Positions 19,575 to 29,522 of a stretch of 64,000 bases of DNA are shown here, piece by piece. A program made the position numbers and the translations under genes. The DNA lies in IMG/VR virus record IMGVR_UViG_3300033072_000338, positions 3,383 through 67,382 of that record; one strand, given 5' to 3'. The notes below the pieces were generated by a model. That model did no database searches and was not told where the DNA came from. It saw only the letters and a list, made by a program, of their open reading frames with translations. How positions within the stretch are numbered: position 1 is the first letter of the stretch; each line of letters starts with the position of its first letter. Origin of the DNA: a virus. Taxonomy: Duplodnaviria > Caudoviricetes.

Positions 19575-20363
19575 TCAAGCCTTCTTGCTCTTCAGGGGGT
19601 TCGGCTTCTCCTCACCCTCACGGAGCTTCTTCAGATCGTCAGAGTCGATCTTGCCGTTGTGGTTGACATCGAGCTGTTCCTGCTTGGGAGTCAGCTGTTC
19701 TTCGGTAGCCAACAGGCGGGCCTTCGCTTCAATCTTCATATCCTTCTCCGTGCCCTTCTGGGCCTTTGCATCCTTACCACTCGACTCTACTTCGATGATA
19801 GACTGGGATGCGCGACTTGTGATGTGTGAACGTGCGTGGCCCTCAAGGGCACCCAAGATATTCCCGACAATAGCCTTGCCGTAATCCTGAGCCTGATCCT
19901 TGTTGCCACGAAGCGACATGATGGCACCCATAGCCAGGGCAAAGCCAACACGAGCGAAACTCTTAGCGAGCTTTCCACCAGGCATAAAGTCGATGGCCGT
20001 GTTGACCACAGTGTTTGCGACTGTGGTCAACGCCTCTTTATGCTCCGGCGTCAGTTCTTCCTTTTTGACTATGGCCCCAAGCGCGGACTTCGCGTTGCGA
20101 ATCGTGTCAAGCTTCTTACTGAACCTAGAAGTCAATGCTTCCTTCGCATGGTGCAAGATGGCGTGTGCCTTCTTTGCCTCGGCTGGGTGCATCTTCTCCT
20201 GAGGCTCAGTTGTGGGCTTTTCTTCAGGGGCAGTCTTTACTTGGTCAGCGTACTTTGACCCCGGATGCTCCTCCAGATACTGCCTCTGGTGCTCCGGGGA
20301 CATAGCGTGAAACCAATCGGAAGAAAGCAGGCGATACGCTGCTTTCACTTTCATGGTCGTCAC
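19575..20363 (-). CDS. Putative internal head protein with leader motif and C-terminal EF-hand-like loop
   Basis: N-terminus MKVKAAYRLLSS. Internal MKIEAKARLLAT at 19739 and LDVNHNGKIDSDDL loop. Confidence 0.6.
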   Translation of the reverse strand: MTTMKVKAAYRLLSSDWFHAMSPEHQRQYLEEHPGSKYADQVKTAPEEKPTTEPQEKMHPAEAKKAHAILHHAKEALTSRFSKKLDTIRNAKSALGAIVKKEELTPEHKEALTTVANTVVNTAIDFMPGGKLAKSFARVGFALAMGAIMSLRGNKDQAQDYGKAIVGNILGALEGHARSHITSRASQSIIEVESSGKDAKAQKGTEKDMKIEAKARLLATEEQLTPKQEQLDVNHNGKIDSDDLKKLREGEEKPNPLKSKKA

Positions 20364-20689
20364 CCCGCAATCACGAGGATGTATTCATCGGAATCGTTGG
20401 GGGACACGCCGAATGAGATGTCAAGGTTTTTACCAAGAGCCAGCAGCGTTCCACCGATAGCAGTCAGCAGCTTACCGCTGATAGCGGGCTCGTAAGAACC
20501 CGCGAACTTGGTGTCCGCCTTGATGTGAACTTCGCAGCCGCTGCCGTCGTAACCGTCGGTGAGCAGATCAATGATTTTCACGCGTGTACCCAGTTTCTTG
20601 ACCAGATTCACGATGTTCGGATTCTTGATCTCGTGAAGATCATCCTGCCAGTTGGCGGTGACCAGTCGTTGTTTTGCTTCGATTTTCAT
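20360..20689 (-). CDS. Hypothetical protein with MKIEAKQRLVTA leader
   Basis: 109-aa ORF with GAGG RBS, coupled to the downstream gene. Confidence 0.7.
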   Translation of the reverse strand: MKIEAKQRLVTANWQDDLHEIKNPNIVNLVKKLGTRVKIIDLLTDGYDGSGCEVHIKADTKFAGSYEPAISGKLLTAIGGTLLALGKNLDISFGVSPNDSDEYILVIAG

Positions 20690-20781
20690 TGCGTCCTCAC
20701 GAAAGGGCCATGGCCAGCAAGAGCCATGACAGGAAGAATGGGTTGTAGTAGGCTAGGAGCATATGTTGATCCCCCAATACG

Positions 20782-20788
20782 GTAAATA
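20782..20788 (+). promoter_or_regulatory. GTAAATA promoter-like motif
   Basis: ATACGGTAAATACGGGG, 27 nt before ATG 20816 and its TAGGAG RBS. Confidence 0.6.
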
Positions 20789-20815
20789 CGGGGTTTGTTA
20801 TCCTTAGGAGTTCTA

Positions 20816-21619
20816 ATGTACGAAACAGCAGAGTCTCGCTACAACAGAAGAAGTTACTGTCAACCTAGGACTAGGTCTAATAGAGTTGGTTACGTGTACG
20901 CCACGTATCTAAGGCACCCGGAGACCGACGAAACGCTCGTGTATGTTGGCAAGCATGTGGCTACCGAATTCGATGTTACCTACCGAGGCTCAGGGCTAAG
21001 ACTGCGGAGGTTCCTAGCGAAGTATCCGGAAGCGCTGCGACGCACCCGAAGGCTTATGTGGTGCTATAGCCAGGATGAACTGGACTTTGCAGAGATGTCC
21101 CTTATAGAAGCAGCCCGGTCAATCCCGAAGTATCAATGTTTAAACATTGCACTTGGAGGTAACGGAGGCCCCATGCCAAAATCAGCTCTCCGCAAGATCA
21201 GCAAGGCAAACAGGGGTATCCCTAAGACAGCGATACACAACGCCAGGAACTCGGCTGCTCAGAGGGGAGTACCGAAGCCTAACGCGGCCAAGCCGCGATC
21301 TATGGCAGGGAGGCGCGCTCTCACAATAGCAAACAGAGATCCTGACAAAAGAGCTCGAGCTTCGGCCACTCTAAGAGCAATACCCCGAACTACGTGCAAG
21401 CACTGTGGGCGGGCATTTGATCCAGGCAACTACGCACAGTACCACGGAGATAACTGCTCGGCAAATCCTGACGTTACACCAGAGTCGTTGGCCTCTAGAG
21501 TGAGGAGCAAAGGTAGGCAAGGGCCTTGGCCAAAGAAACCGTGCAAACACTGCGGACGTCTCGTAGCAGTAAACGCCATACGCAGCCACGAATCTGCGTG
21601 TCGGCAAAAGAATAGGTAG
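20816..21619 (+). mobile_element. Free-standing GIY-YIG homing endonuclease (NUMOD3-like repeats, C-terminal zinc fingers)
   Basis: YVYATYL...VYVGKH, YRGSG, LNIALGG, basic repeats, CKHCG..HGDNC. Inserted opposite to the flanking operon. Confidence 0.8.
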
Positions 21620-21686
21620 GAAAAAAGCCCGCAGGCATCCGTTTGGCGTCGGATGTTTTATCCTGCGGAAAATCCCACACCAAACC

Positions 21687-22451
21687 TTACATGACCGTGC
21701 CTTGGTTCACGTACTCGATGAGCTTGTCGATGTACTCACCAGACCACGAGTACAGCTTCTTCCAGTACTCGATCTCATTCTTCTTTTCTTCGGGGGTCAG
21801 CGAAGCGCGCACTTCCTTGTCGACAGCCGCACTGAGCTTCACCGCGTTCATCGAAACGACGTTGTCGTAATCCACGACCATTGGGGTGTAGCGGCTGTAG
21901 GACATGACCTTGACCTGACGGTCGTTGCCTTGCATCGCAAAGCCGTAGTCCATGGAGCCGTCCTCAGCCACGAAAGCCACCAGTTCATTCTTGGCAGCGT
22001 GGGCGATGGTCAGGTGGCGGAGGCCGGGTAGGTCGGACCGGCGCTGAACAGTGGCAGCGACCAGAGCGGACAGATCTTCTTGGTCGTGACGAGCCAGATA
22101 CTTGCCGGTGCTGCCGCTCTTGACTTCCCACAGGGACTTGTCGTCGTTGTCCATGTAGATGTTGGAAGCCATGAGGCGATACTTGGCGCTCAGCTTGTCG
22201 CGGGTGGGCATGGCAACCACGGCGCGATTCGCGCGCAGGAAACCGACAGCCAAGCCGGGCTTCACTTGCTTGAACGAATGACGGATCGGGGTAGCTGCAT
22301 TCTGCAGTTTTGCGCACAGCTTGTCAGTCAGTTGCTCAGCAGTCATGTTGCCAGTGAAAGACACCAGGACCTTTGCCAGCGAGTCGGACTTCAGTTGATA
22401 GTCGACCAAGTTGACGGTGTTGGCGTTGATGCGTTCGATTTCGATCTTCAT
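21687..22451 (-). CDS. Putative virion structural protein
   Basis: 254-aa ORF with strong codon bias and AAGGA RBS, in the morphogenesis block. Confidence 0.6.
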   Translation of the reverse strand: MKIEIERINANTVNLVDYQLKSDSLAKVLVSFTGNMTAEQLTDKLCAKLQNAATPIRHSFKQVKPGLAVGFLRANRAVVAMPTRDKLSAKYRLMASNIYMDNDDKSLWEVKSGSTGKYLARHDQEDLSALVAATVQRRSDLPGLRHLTIAHAAKNELVAFVAEDGSMDYGFAMQGNDRQVKVMSYSRYTPMVVDYDNVVSMNAVKLSAAVDKEVRASLTPEEKKNEIEYWKKLYSWSGEYIDKLIEYVNQGTVM

Positions 22452-22521
22452 AGTTTATCCTTGAGTATGAGAACCTTGTAGGTAGTGGAATTGCGGTTTC
22501 CCGCCAGCGGCAGACGCTCGC

Positions 22522-23595
22522 TTAATCTGGTGCTATCAGTCGAGTGGGATCCACGAACTTGGTATCAACCAATTCCGCGTACTCGTGTTTGTCCTCATGG
22601 GCCTTGCGGTCGAACCAGTCCTGATTCTTCCCGTGCCTACGCCCTGATCTGTCTACAATCAAATTGTTAGACTTCAAAGCCTTCGGCACCTGATCCATGT
22701 TGACATGCTCACCGAGCTTCCGTGCACCCTTGAAGAACAGTGCCAGGAGCAGGTTGTAGCCGTCGTTGCTAATCCAGCTGAACATCTCATGGACCTTGGA
22801 GAACCCGTAATCCGTGAGTGAGATACCAGTCAACCCGAACACCAGACACGCAAGTGCATGCAGGGCTGCAGGGGAAGTGAACATCTCCACCAGATCGAAG
22901 TTACCAGAGATGCAGGCAATGACTGCATCTATGAGGTCCAGATCCTTGCCCGGGTTGCCGACCGTCCCAGAATTCAGGTACATCCAGATGAGGAAGCCCG
23001 CCAGGGCGATGCCGCTTATGTGGGCAATGGCCTTGTGCTTCTTCAGAAGTTCCTCGACCTTGTGAACCCGCTCTTTCACGTCCATCTTCTTGATGGCTGG
23101 GATTGAGCCGAACACAGTGACAACGTCCTCCATGAAGGCTTGAAGCGCGTTGCTAGGCACTTTCGATGCGGCGCTGATAGCCTGAAGAAGCTTCTTCAAA
23201 CTAAACCCAACGCCCTTCAAAAGCGCGAACACACTCTTCTCCTTGAAGGCTTTTATAACTGCGTCGATAGCACCAGACCCAGCATCCTTCAGATGACCTG
23301 CAATTTCCTTGAGGTCCTTCATGAGGGACTTGAGGGGGCCTATGCCGCTGAGTCCAAACAAAGCATTGATCTCTTCACCACCCCGGAAAGAGGCTTCTAT
23401 GGCGCTGCAGTAGGCTTCGTACGAGACGTCAGATGCTGCTGAGCAAAGCAGACGCTGCTTTGCTAGCAGGCGCTGACTAGAAAGCTCTTGGGCATCTTTA
23501 TCGTCCGGGTCGCATATGGCTGTGTGTACCTCGTCGAAATACCGGTCGCTCTTGTCGGTGGATAGCAGTTCGTGGCGCTCTTTAATAGTCGTCAT
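22522..23595 (-). CDS. Hypothetical protein with hydrophobic C-terminal helices
   Basis: 357-aa ORF. Internal LAKQRLLCS motif and hydrophobic segments (IAHISGIALAGFLIWMYL). Confidence 0.6.
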   Translation of the reverse strand: MTTIKERHELLSTDKSDRYFDEVHTAICDPDDKDAQELSSQRLLAKQRLLCSAASDVSYEAYCSAIEASFRGGEEINALFGLSGIGPLKSLMKDLKEIAGHLKDAGSGAIDAVIKAFKEKSVFALLKGVGFSLKKLLQAISAASKVPSNALQAFMEDVVTVFGSIPAIKKMDVKERVHKVEELLKKHKAIAHISGIALAGFLIWMYLNSGTVGNPGKDLDLIDAVIACISGNFDLVEMFTSPAALHALACLVFGLTGISLTDYGFSKVHEMFSWISNDGYNLLLALFFKGARKLGEHVNMDQVPKALKSNNLIVDRSGRRHGKNQDWFDRKAHEDKHEYAELVDTKFVDPTRLIAPD

Positions 23596-23608
23596 CTCAG
23601 AGTCCTTG

Positions 23609-23624
23609 AGGGGCCGAAGCCCCT
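23609..23624 (-). other. cUUCGg tetraloop hairpin (intercistronic RNA stabiliser)
   Basis: Minus strand AGGGGC-TTCG-GCCCCT just after the tail tube stop, with no U-tract. Confidence 0.6.
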
Positions 23625-23629
23625 AGTGC

Positions 23630-24148
23630 TTACCAGCCAGAGCTGTCGGAAAGGTAGTCGAAGCTGAACGTGACCTGGAAGTCAACGACAGAAGACTGGC
23701 TACCGTCGAGCTGGACGTTGGTGATGTCCTGGGGCCATGCGCCAGCGATGATGATCGTCTGACCGATGTTGCCAGCGTTGTCGTAGAGATCCAGCTCCAA
23801 GTTCACCTTGTACTGGCTGCTGTTCGTGCCGGTGTTGCCTTTCCAGTCACGAGTGTAACGACGCCAGTTGCGGAAGTCCAGGTAGGTCTGGTAGTCAATC
23901 GTCTCCATGAACGTGCAGCTGAACGTATGCTGGTAGGTCGCCCGCCCAGCTTCGTTCTTCCGCACACCGTGGAGAGAAATGTCCACTGGGTCAATGCTGA
24001 ATCCCGGGATCTCCGAGGTCTTGCATTTGATTGACAACTGTTTGGAGTTGGAACTGCTCCCGGGGATAGCCGGAAGGAAGAGGTCAAAGTTCCACCCTTG
24101 CGCTGCATCCGCAAGCTGCAGAACGTCTGACATGGAAGTTCGTGCCAT
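23630..24148 (-). CDS. Tail tube protein (T4 gp19-like)
   Basis: WNFDL..P, IKCKTSEIPG, F.CTFMET, LYDNAG, GAWP..I..VQLD, FQVTFSFDY. Downstream of the sheath. Confidence 0.85.
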   Translation of the reverse strand: MARTSMSDVLQLADAAQGWNFDLFLPAIPGSSSNSKQLSIKCKTSEIPGFSIDPVDISLHGVRKNEAGRATYQHTFSCTFMETIDYQTYLDFRNWRRYTRDWKGNTGTNSSQYKVNLELDLYDNAGNIGQTIIIAGAWPQDITNVQLDGSQSSVVDFQVTFSFDYLSDSSGW

Positions 24149-24158
24149 GATGAGTCCT

Positions 24159-24395
24159 TTATTTGATGAGCTGCGCCACGTCAACCCCGACTTCGTCCCT
24201 CAGTATCTTAGCCAGGGCCTCTCGTTGTTGACGATCGAACCCCATAGCCTTGGCCTTGAGGTTGTGTTGTGCGGTGAGGAGTTTTTCCGCCAGGGCCATC
24301 ACAGGTTTGAAATTGCGATGGCCCCGTACTTCTTCCTCGATCATGTCCGCGTCACTACGGGCTGTGAGCCGCGCCTTGGCTTCGAGGTTAGGCAT
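24159..24395 (-). CDS. Small protein with LEAKARLTA leader
   Basis: ATG 24395 overlaps the sheath stop. Reads MPNLEAKARLTARSDAD. Confidence 0.55.
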   Translation of the reverse strand: MPNLEAKARLTARSDADMIEEEVRGHRNFKPVMALAEKLLTAQHNLKAKAMGFDRQQREALAKILRDEVGVDVAQLIK

Positions 24396-26325
24396 TAGCG
24401 GACTGCCCCGCGATCTGCGACAGCACCTCGGTGAACGACACACCCTGCTTGGAAATCGCAACCTGCAGTTGGATCTCGTGGATGGGAATGACCGGGACCA
24501 AGATGACGGTCACAACCAGGATGCCCGCGTTGGCCGCAGCCGGCGGATTGTTGGACTTATCGCACACAACTTGATACGAATTCAACGCACTGGCATTGAC
24601 CAGCGTGTCGAGGTAGGCACCGCAGCTATTGACGATGGAACGACGCACCGAGTCTGTGTTCTGCTCTTGCAGCGAGTACAGAAGGTACTTGTACAGAGCA
24701 GTCTTGAGCGTGCAGGTGATGCGACGGACGCTCAGCCAGCTGAGTGCGCTGTATTCCCCACTCAAGGTCTGCTGTTCCCACAGCGCAACACCTTGACCCA
24801 CGAAGGTTCGGAAGTAGTTGACCTGTGCGTTGAACAGCGTGGTAGCCTGACCGTCGTCGTACTCGTACCGCTGCTTGAGGACGTTCACGATACCACGATT
24901 CAGACCCGCGATGGAGTACGCCGGGTTAGCCTGTGCATCGGTAAGCGCACAGAGCGAGGCGACCATGCCACTGGGAGGAACGTAAGTCTGTTGACCGTTC
25001 ACCAGATCTGTGATCAACAGGTCAGGGCAGAAGAGCGCGGAGTACGTGCTGTGGAGGTTGAGAGTCAGGTTCCGGTAGTCAGCTGCCGCCTGATACTTCT
25101 GGCTCGTAGACGGGGTGTCGAGCAGCGACACGCAGTCACCACGATTCTTCACCAGGGTGTCAATGTTCTGACCATAAGTCGCATCTGCGATGCCGCCGTT
25201 GATGACGATGTTGATCGGATAGAGCTGGCTGTTCTTGAACACCTGCATCGCCGAAACAATCTGACCAGAGGTCACGGCCGCACCAGAGCTGCCACCAGTG
25301 AAAGCTGATTTTGCAACAGACGAGATGGCCGGAACCGAAGGCAGCGAAGCGGTGTTGTTGATCACCTGAATGTAGCTAGAGAACGGGTTGATCCGATTTT
25401 CCAACTCAGTCTGTGTCCCCGAGCTATCGGTGTTGCTCGTCAGTGTGCAGTCCCAGCTCTCGAGATAGGTACTGTTCGGCTGCGAGTTGTCCCAGACGTA
25501 AACCGTGAACACTCCGGTGGTGTAGGCGTTGGCTCCGTTGGTGATGGGCTGGATTGCCACATCGGGGGTCAGGCTTCCGGTGTCCACGAATCTGTAGGTG
25601 GTTGCACCGACAGTGTCCAGAAGACCGAAGCTCGATCCAGTTGTCCGTCCATACACACGGTAGCCGACCGCACCGGGGACCGGATTCCAGGTCAGAGAAA
25701 CCGAGTTGGTAGTGCCCGACGAGATGGTGATCGTTGCGGGAACCGAAGCCAGACTCTCGCCATTCAGCGCCATCGCACTCACCATGTAGGTGTAGGTGGA
25801 AGTACCGAGGCTGCCGCCTGTGATGCTTGAGGTAGCAGCAAGTCCGGTAGGCTGGGTGACACCAGTCGTTGCGATGGACAGCGAATACGTGTCAACATAG
25901 CTGCCCGGGCCTTGCAGTCCGTAGAACAAGGCGACGGCCTTCTGGGTCCCAGTCACGAAGGACGACGGGTCCACAGTGGTCGGGTCCGAGAATTGCACGT
26001 TCATGAAGGCAGGAACACCAGCAGAATCCGTGTACAGGAGGAGACCCGCGTAGGTGGCACCTGTACCCACGATGCGCAGAGACCAAAGCTGGCTGCCGTT
26101 AGTGAAGTAGTTCTTGCCCGACTGCACAGTCATCGAGACGGTCGGGTCGGAATCACCGTATTCGTTCACGAAGTCGGTTGAATTCGTGAAGAGCAGCGGG
26201 ATCGTGCGTCCCTTCTTGGAGATGATTGGTAGGGCGGCTACCGTACCTCCAGCACTGGCGATCACTTGACTCAGGTTGATCTCCGTAGTGCGGACGTCCG
26301 ATGCCCGTTTGACGATCTGGACCAT
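24388..26325 (-). CDS. Contractile tail sheath protein
   Basis: FVNEYG, LLDTP, YSALFCPDL, YVPPSG, IAGLNRG, QVNY, LSVRR, YQVVCDKSNN, IHEIQL motifs. Confidence 0.92.
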   Translation of the reverse strand: MVQIVKRASDVRTTEINLSQVIASAGGTVAALPIISKKGRTIPLLFTNSTDFVNEYGDSDPTVSMTVQSGKNYFTNGSQLWSLRIVGTGATYAGLLLYTDSAGVPAFMNVQFSDPTTVDPSSFVTGTQKAVALFYGLQGPGSYVDTYSLSIATTGVTQPTGLAATSSITGGSLGTSTYTYMVSAMALNGESLASVPATITISSGTTNSVSLTWNPVPGAVGYRVYGRTTGSSFGLLDTVGATTYRFVDTGSLTPDVAIQPITNGANAYTTGVFTVYVWDNSQPNSTYLESWDCTLTSNTDSSGTQTELENRINPFSSYIQVINNTASLPSVPAISSVAKSAFTGGSSGAAVTSGQIVSAMQVFKNSQLYPINIVINGGIADATYGQNIDTLVKNRGDCVSLLDTPSTSQKYQAAADYRNLTLNLHSTYSALFCPDLLITDLVNGQQTYVPPSGMVASLCALTDAQANPAYSIAGLNRGIVNVLKQRYEYDDGQATTLFNAQVNYFRTFVGQGVALWEQQTLSGEYSALSWLSVRRITCTLKTALYKYLLYSLQEQNTDSVRRSIVNSCGAYLDTLVNASALNSYQVVCDKSNNPPAAANAGILVVTVILVPVIPIHEIQLQVAISKQGVSFTEVLSQIAGQSANA

Positions 26326-26525
26326 TATGCAGACTCCTTCGAATCAATGAGAACCTTGGGATTCTTCGAAGCCCAGTTGGTGTTGACCTCAAACCCCGGA
26401 GGCAGTTCAACCTTCCGCTTCGGCATGACCGTGATGTGGTCCGTTTCCAACACAGTGCCATCCGCCGCCAACTTGACGAGCTTGATGGATACCGCGTGGT
26501 TGTTCATGTTTATGACGGTGCTCAT
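26325..26525 (-). CDS. Small hypothetical protein
   Basis: 66-aa ORF. Stop overlaps the sheath start; GAGG RBS. Confidence 0.6.
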   Translation of the reverse strand: MSTVINMNNHAVSIKLVKLAADGTVLETDHITVMPKRKVELPPGFEVNTNWASKNPKVLIDSKESA

Positions 26526-26552
26526 GGTACCTCTTGAAGTGTTTCAGTCCGG

Positions 26553-27197
26553 TCATTCTGCGAATGGCTTGAACTGCTGGTTATTGATCACGCCCGGCGT
26601 TGTGGTCTGAGAACCGACGACCACCTGTTGAATTCGACCCCTAGTCCCTGTCATTGGCTCGGATACGTACCCGTGGATTGTGACGTTCATCACAACCTGA
26701 TATACGGCCTCAAGATCCGCGGGATTCTCACGCGCAGGTGTGTTCAGCGTGTTGTCGATTGTGTAGGTGATGGGGAACGTAGCCATCCCGTAGTCGATCT
26801 TGAAAGACAGCGAGCCGTTGCGTCTAGCGAACATGGCACGGCGTATGAAACCGTCAACCGAGTCGGGTCCTACACCTGAGTGCTTGTTGGTAACGAAGGT
26901 CACCTCGACCACGAAGTTCGCTGGTAACAACCGAACCATCTCGTACTGGTTCTTGCTGTACTGGACTGCTAGGCCCTCACGAACTAGGCGATGGGTGACG
27001 TATGAATCTGGGTTGTCGCTGACTGACTGCTGTCTTATGAATATGTAGGGGTAGCGAGGGGTCTTATTGCCTATGGCAATCTTCAGGTTCTGAATTGCGT
27101 CCGGTGACGTAACGAACATGGCCGGTGCTCGGAACTGCTCGGTCATCTTCTCGGCGAAGCCCTCCCGAACGAAGGTATCAACTGGTTGAATTTCCAC
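26553..27197 (-). CDS. Putative tail terminator/completion protein
   Basis: Located between capsid and sheath. PYIFI, P.NFVVEVTF, MNVTIHGYV beta pattern. Confidence 0.5.
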   Translation of the reverse strand: MEIQPVDTFVREGFAEKMTEQFRAPAMFVTSPDAIQNLKIAIGNKTPRYPYIFIRQQSVSDNPDSYVTHRLVREGLAVQYSKNQYEMVRLLPANFVVEVTFVTNKHSGVGPDSVDGFIRRAMFARRNGSLSFKIDYGMATFPITYTIDNTLNTPARENPADLEAVYQVVMNVTIHGYVSEPMTGTRGRIQQVVVGSQTTTPGVINNQQFKPFAE

Positions 27198-27222
27198 TTA
27201 GCTCTCCGAAGACCTACTGGCC

Positions 27223-27255
27223 AAAATAAAAGGGGAGGGAAACCTCCCTCCCCTT
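27223..27255 (-). terminator. Intrinsic terminator after the capsid cluster
   Basis: Minus strand AAGGGGAGGGA-GGTT-TCCCTCCCCTT followed by TTATTTT. Confidence 0.85.
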
Positions 27256-27263
27256 CCGGTGCA

Positions 27264-27653
27264 TCACTTCTTCAGGTCCTTACGAACCATGCGGCTCAGC
27301 ACGGCGGCCATGGTCTTGGCGGGGACTTCAGGCGCGGGTTCTTCGACGTCCACCTCAACTTCGGGTTCGACAACTTCGTCGTCGATCTCGTCGAGGGGGT
27401 CGCCGTCCTCAGCGTCAGCCTCGCAAACCTCGCCGTCCGGGCATTCCTCAGAAGCCTGCAGGCGCTTGGCAGCGCTTGCCTGCACCATGGCAGCGTGGGC
27501 GGTCTTGTTGGAGTGCTCCAGGATCTTGATGGCAGCGTGAACGTCAGACTGTTCGGCAGCCTTGGCCAGCAGACGAGCAGCCAGAACGGGCTTGCCGTTG
27601 ACCAGACTGTCGAGAGCCAGCACCGTGTAATCGAGAGTGCGGTTGTATTGCAT
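27264..27653 (-). CDS. Acidic head-associated protein
   Basis: 129 aa with an acidic C-terminal half and an RLQASEE motif. Highly expressed-type codon bias. Confidence 0.6.
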   Translation of the reverse strand: MQYNRTLDYTVLALDSLVNGKPVLAARLLAKAAEQSDVHAAIKILEHSNKTAHAAMVQASAAKRLQASEECPDGEVCEADAEDGDPLDEIDDEVVEPEVEVDVEEPAPEVPAKTMAAVLSRMVRKDLKK

Positions 27654-27698
27654 GTAGTTTTCCTTTCATTCCTGGGGGCCGAAACCCCCAGAAAGTCG

Positions 27699-28769
27699 TC
27701 AGACCCTGATGCCCTTGGCGATCGAGCGGCTGTTGGCAACCGACACGGCCAGCGATTCGTGAACCACGAAGCCACGGCCCGGGATCTTCTCTTGGCTGAT
27801 GTCGGTCGGAACCGATTGCAGGCCACCGCGATCCGAGTAGGCACCGTGGTTCAGAGCGTCGGCGATCACGTAGAACTCGCCTTGGCCCAGAACCTTGTGT
27901 TCCGGGTGACGGTAAGCGTCGGACGTGATGGTCATGCCGTACAGCGTGCCCAGTTCACCGGTCAGCAGCAGCTCGTGGCGAGCCACGGGGTCGATGGCGG
28001 TGAAGAAGTCGCTGTTGCCGATGATGTCTTGCCACAGATCGGAAGCGGCCAGCAGGTGAGCGCCCTTCAGGCCCCAGCGGGTCACGTTGGTGGCGACGGT
28101 CATCAGGCTGTAGGGGGTCAACTGGCCCGACACGATGGTCAGGTTGTTGTCGACGCCGACCACGGATTGCACTTGGTTGTACCACAGCTTGTCTTCGGCG
28201 ACCATGGTAGCTTCCACGGCCTCGATGTACTTCTCTTGCAGCACGTCGCCGCTCGACTGGTTCAGCTCGACTTGTGGGATGAACGGACGGGCGACCACTT
28301 GCATTTCAGGCGGGGTCAGCCACTTGTCGCGGGTGATCTGCGACTCAACCTTGGTGGGGCTGGTGCTCCACACGGCGGTCACGTTCTTGGTGCGAACCGG
28401 GAAGCGGGGGATCGAACCTTGTTGCACGTCGATCTTGGCCAGGTACTTGCGCATGAAACCTTGACGGTTCGCGGTGATGTACAGAGCGTCGCTGATCTTC
28501 TCGGCCAGGAGGCGGTGAGCTTCCTTGTCGTTGAAGGCGGCTTGCAGCAGCTCACGCGACTCTTCGCCGGTCAGTTGCAGCATGTTGCCTTGCGAAGCGG
28601 CTTGCAGGAAACGAGATTGCTGGTTCAGCAGGTCACGCTTGTCGGAAGCGTTCAGTTCGGTGCCACCGTACTGGGCGACGAGCTTGTCGCCGCCGCCGAT
28701 GGGACGCAGGTCAGCCATCGAGCTGATCACCGGTTGCTTGGAAGCGCGGATTTGGACTTTGTTACGCAT
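27699..28769 (-). CDS. Major capsid protein
   Basis: 356 aa, extreme C-ending codon bias, AGGAG RBS. Follows protease, scaffold and decoration genes and precedes a strong terminator and tail genes. Confidence 0.75.
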   Translation of the reverse strand: MRNKVQIRASKQPVISSMADLRPIGGGDKLVAQYGGTELNASDKRDLLNQQSRFLQAASQGNMLQLTGEESRELLQAAFNDKEAHRLLAEKISDALYITANRQGFMRKYLAKIDVQQGSIPRFPVRTKNVTAVWSTSPTKVESQITRDKWLTPPEMQVVARPFIPQVELNQSSGDVLQEKYIEAVEATMVAEDKLWYNQVQSVVGVDNNLTIVSGQLTPYSLMTVATNVTRWGLKGAHLLAASDLWQDIIGNSDFFTAIDPVARHELLLTGELGTLYGMTITSDAYRHPEHKVLGQGEFYVIADALNHGAYSDRGGLQSVPTDISQEKIPGRGFVVHESLAVSVANSRSIAKGIRV

Positions 28770-28802
28770 GTTGAATTTCTCCTTGTTCAGCGGACGGTGT
28801 TA

Positions 28803-29474
28803 TCAGACTGCGCTGAACTCGATACCGAGGTAAGGCACGTCGATGCCGGGGATGGCGATGATGGCGGCCGGGATGGCGACACCAGTGCCGGTCTGGTCGG
28901 TCACTTGGCCGTTGGCAGCCAGCTTGATCGAGGTAGCAGCCATCCAGTTCACCGACGAATCGAATTGGTCGGTGTAGATGACGCCGCGCTTGACCAGACC
29001 GGTCTGGCCGACGTAGGAACCGATGTAGCCGCCGGGCTGCACGTCACCTTGCAGAGCACGCGCCTGCACCACAGTCAGAGCGTACTTGTAGGTCACGTTC
29101 ACGACGTCGCCAGCGGTCAGGCCGGAGATGGTGTTGTTCACCACGGTCGGGGTAGCGACTGCGGTAGCGGTGGTCACGTCGTACACGAACACTTGGCCAG
29201 ACACAGGGGTCTGAGCCAGGGTCACGATGCCGGAACCAGGAACGGTGAAGGTTTCGACCTTGGTAGCGTAGGCAGCTTGCAGAGGAGCAGCCGAAGTACC
29301 TTGCACAGCGAAGCCGGCGAACACGAGGCCAGCGGTCACGGCACCAGGGGCAACGCCACTGTATTGAGCGCCACCGGCACGAACCAGGGCTTGACCTTCA
29401 GCAGTGATGGAAGCGCCGGGAGCAACCAGAGCTTCGCTGCTGTCAACGAATTTGGAGAAAGGAAAATAAATCAC
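28803..29474 (-). CDS. Putative head decoration/stabilising protein
   Basis: GTG 29474 behind AAGGAG. Small-residue beta-rich protein directly upstream of the capsid gene. Confidence 0.55.
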   Translation of the reverse strand: MIYFPFSKFVDSSEALVAPGASITAEGQALVRAGGAQYSGVAPGAVTAGLVFAGFAVQGTSAAPLQAAYATKVETFTVPGSGIVTLAQTPVSGQVFVYDVTTATAVATPTVVNNTISGLTAGDVVNVTYKYALTVVQARALQGDVQPGGYIGSYVGQTGLVKRGVIYTDQFDSSVNWMAATSIKLAANGQVTDQTGTGVAIPAAIIAIPGIDVPYLGIEFSAV

Positions 29475-29522
29475 AATGGACTCCTTAGAGGAAGATGGGA
29501 GCAAGGGCTCACCTAAGCCAGT

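Noticed and set aside
27186-29516. 776-aa plus-strand ORF antisense to the capsid genes (similarly 24250-25308, 30598-31623, 37651-38973, 40220-41428)
   Set aside because: Shadow ORFs. The strong C/G-ending codon bias of the real minus-strand genes removes stops in the antisense frame. They have no RBS or motifs.
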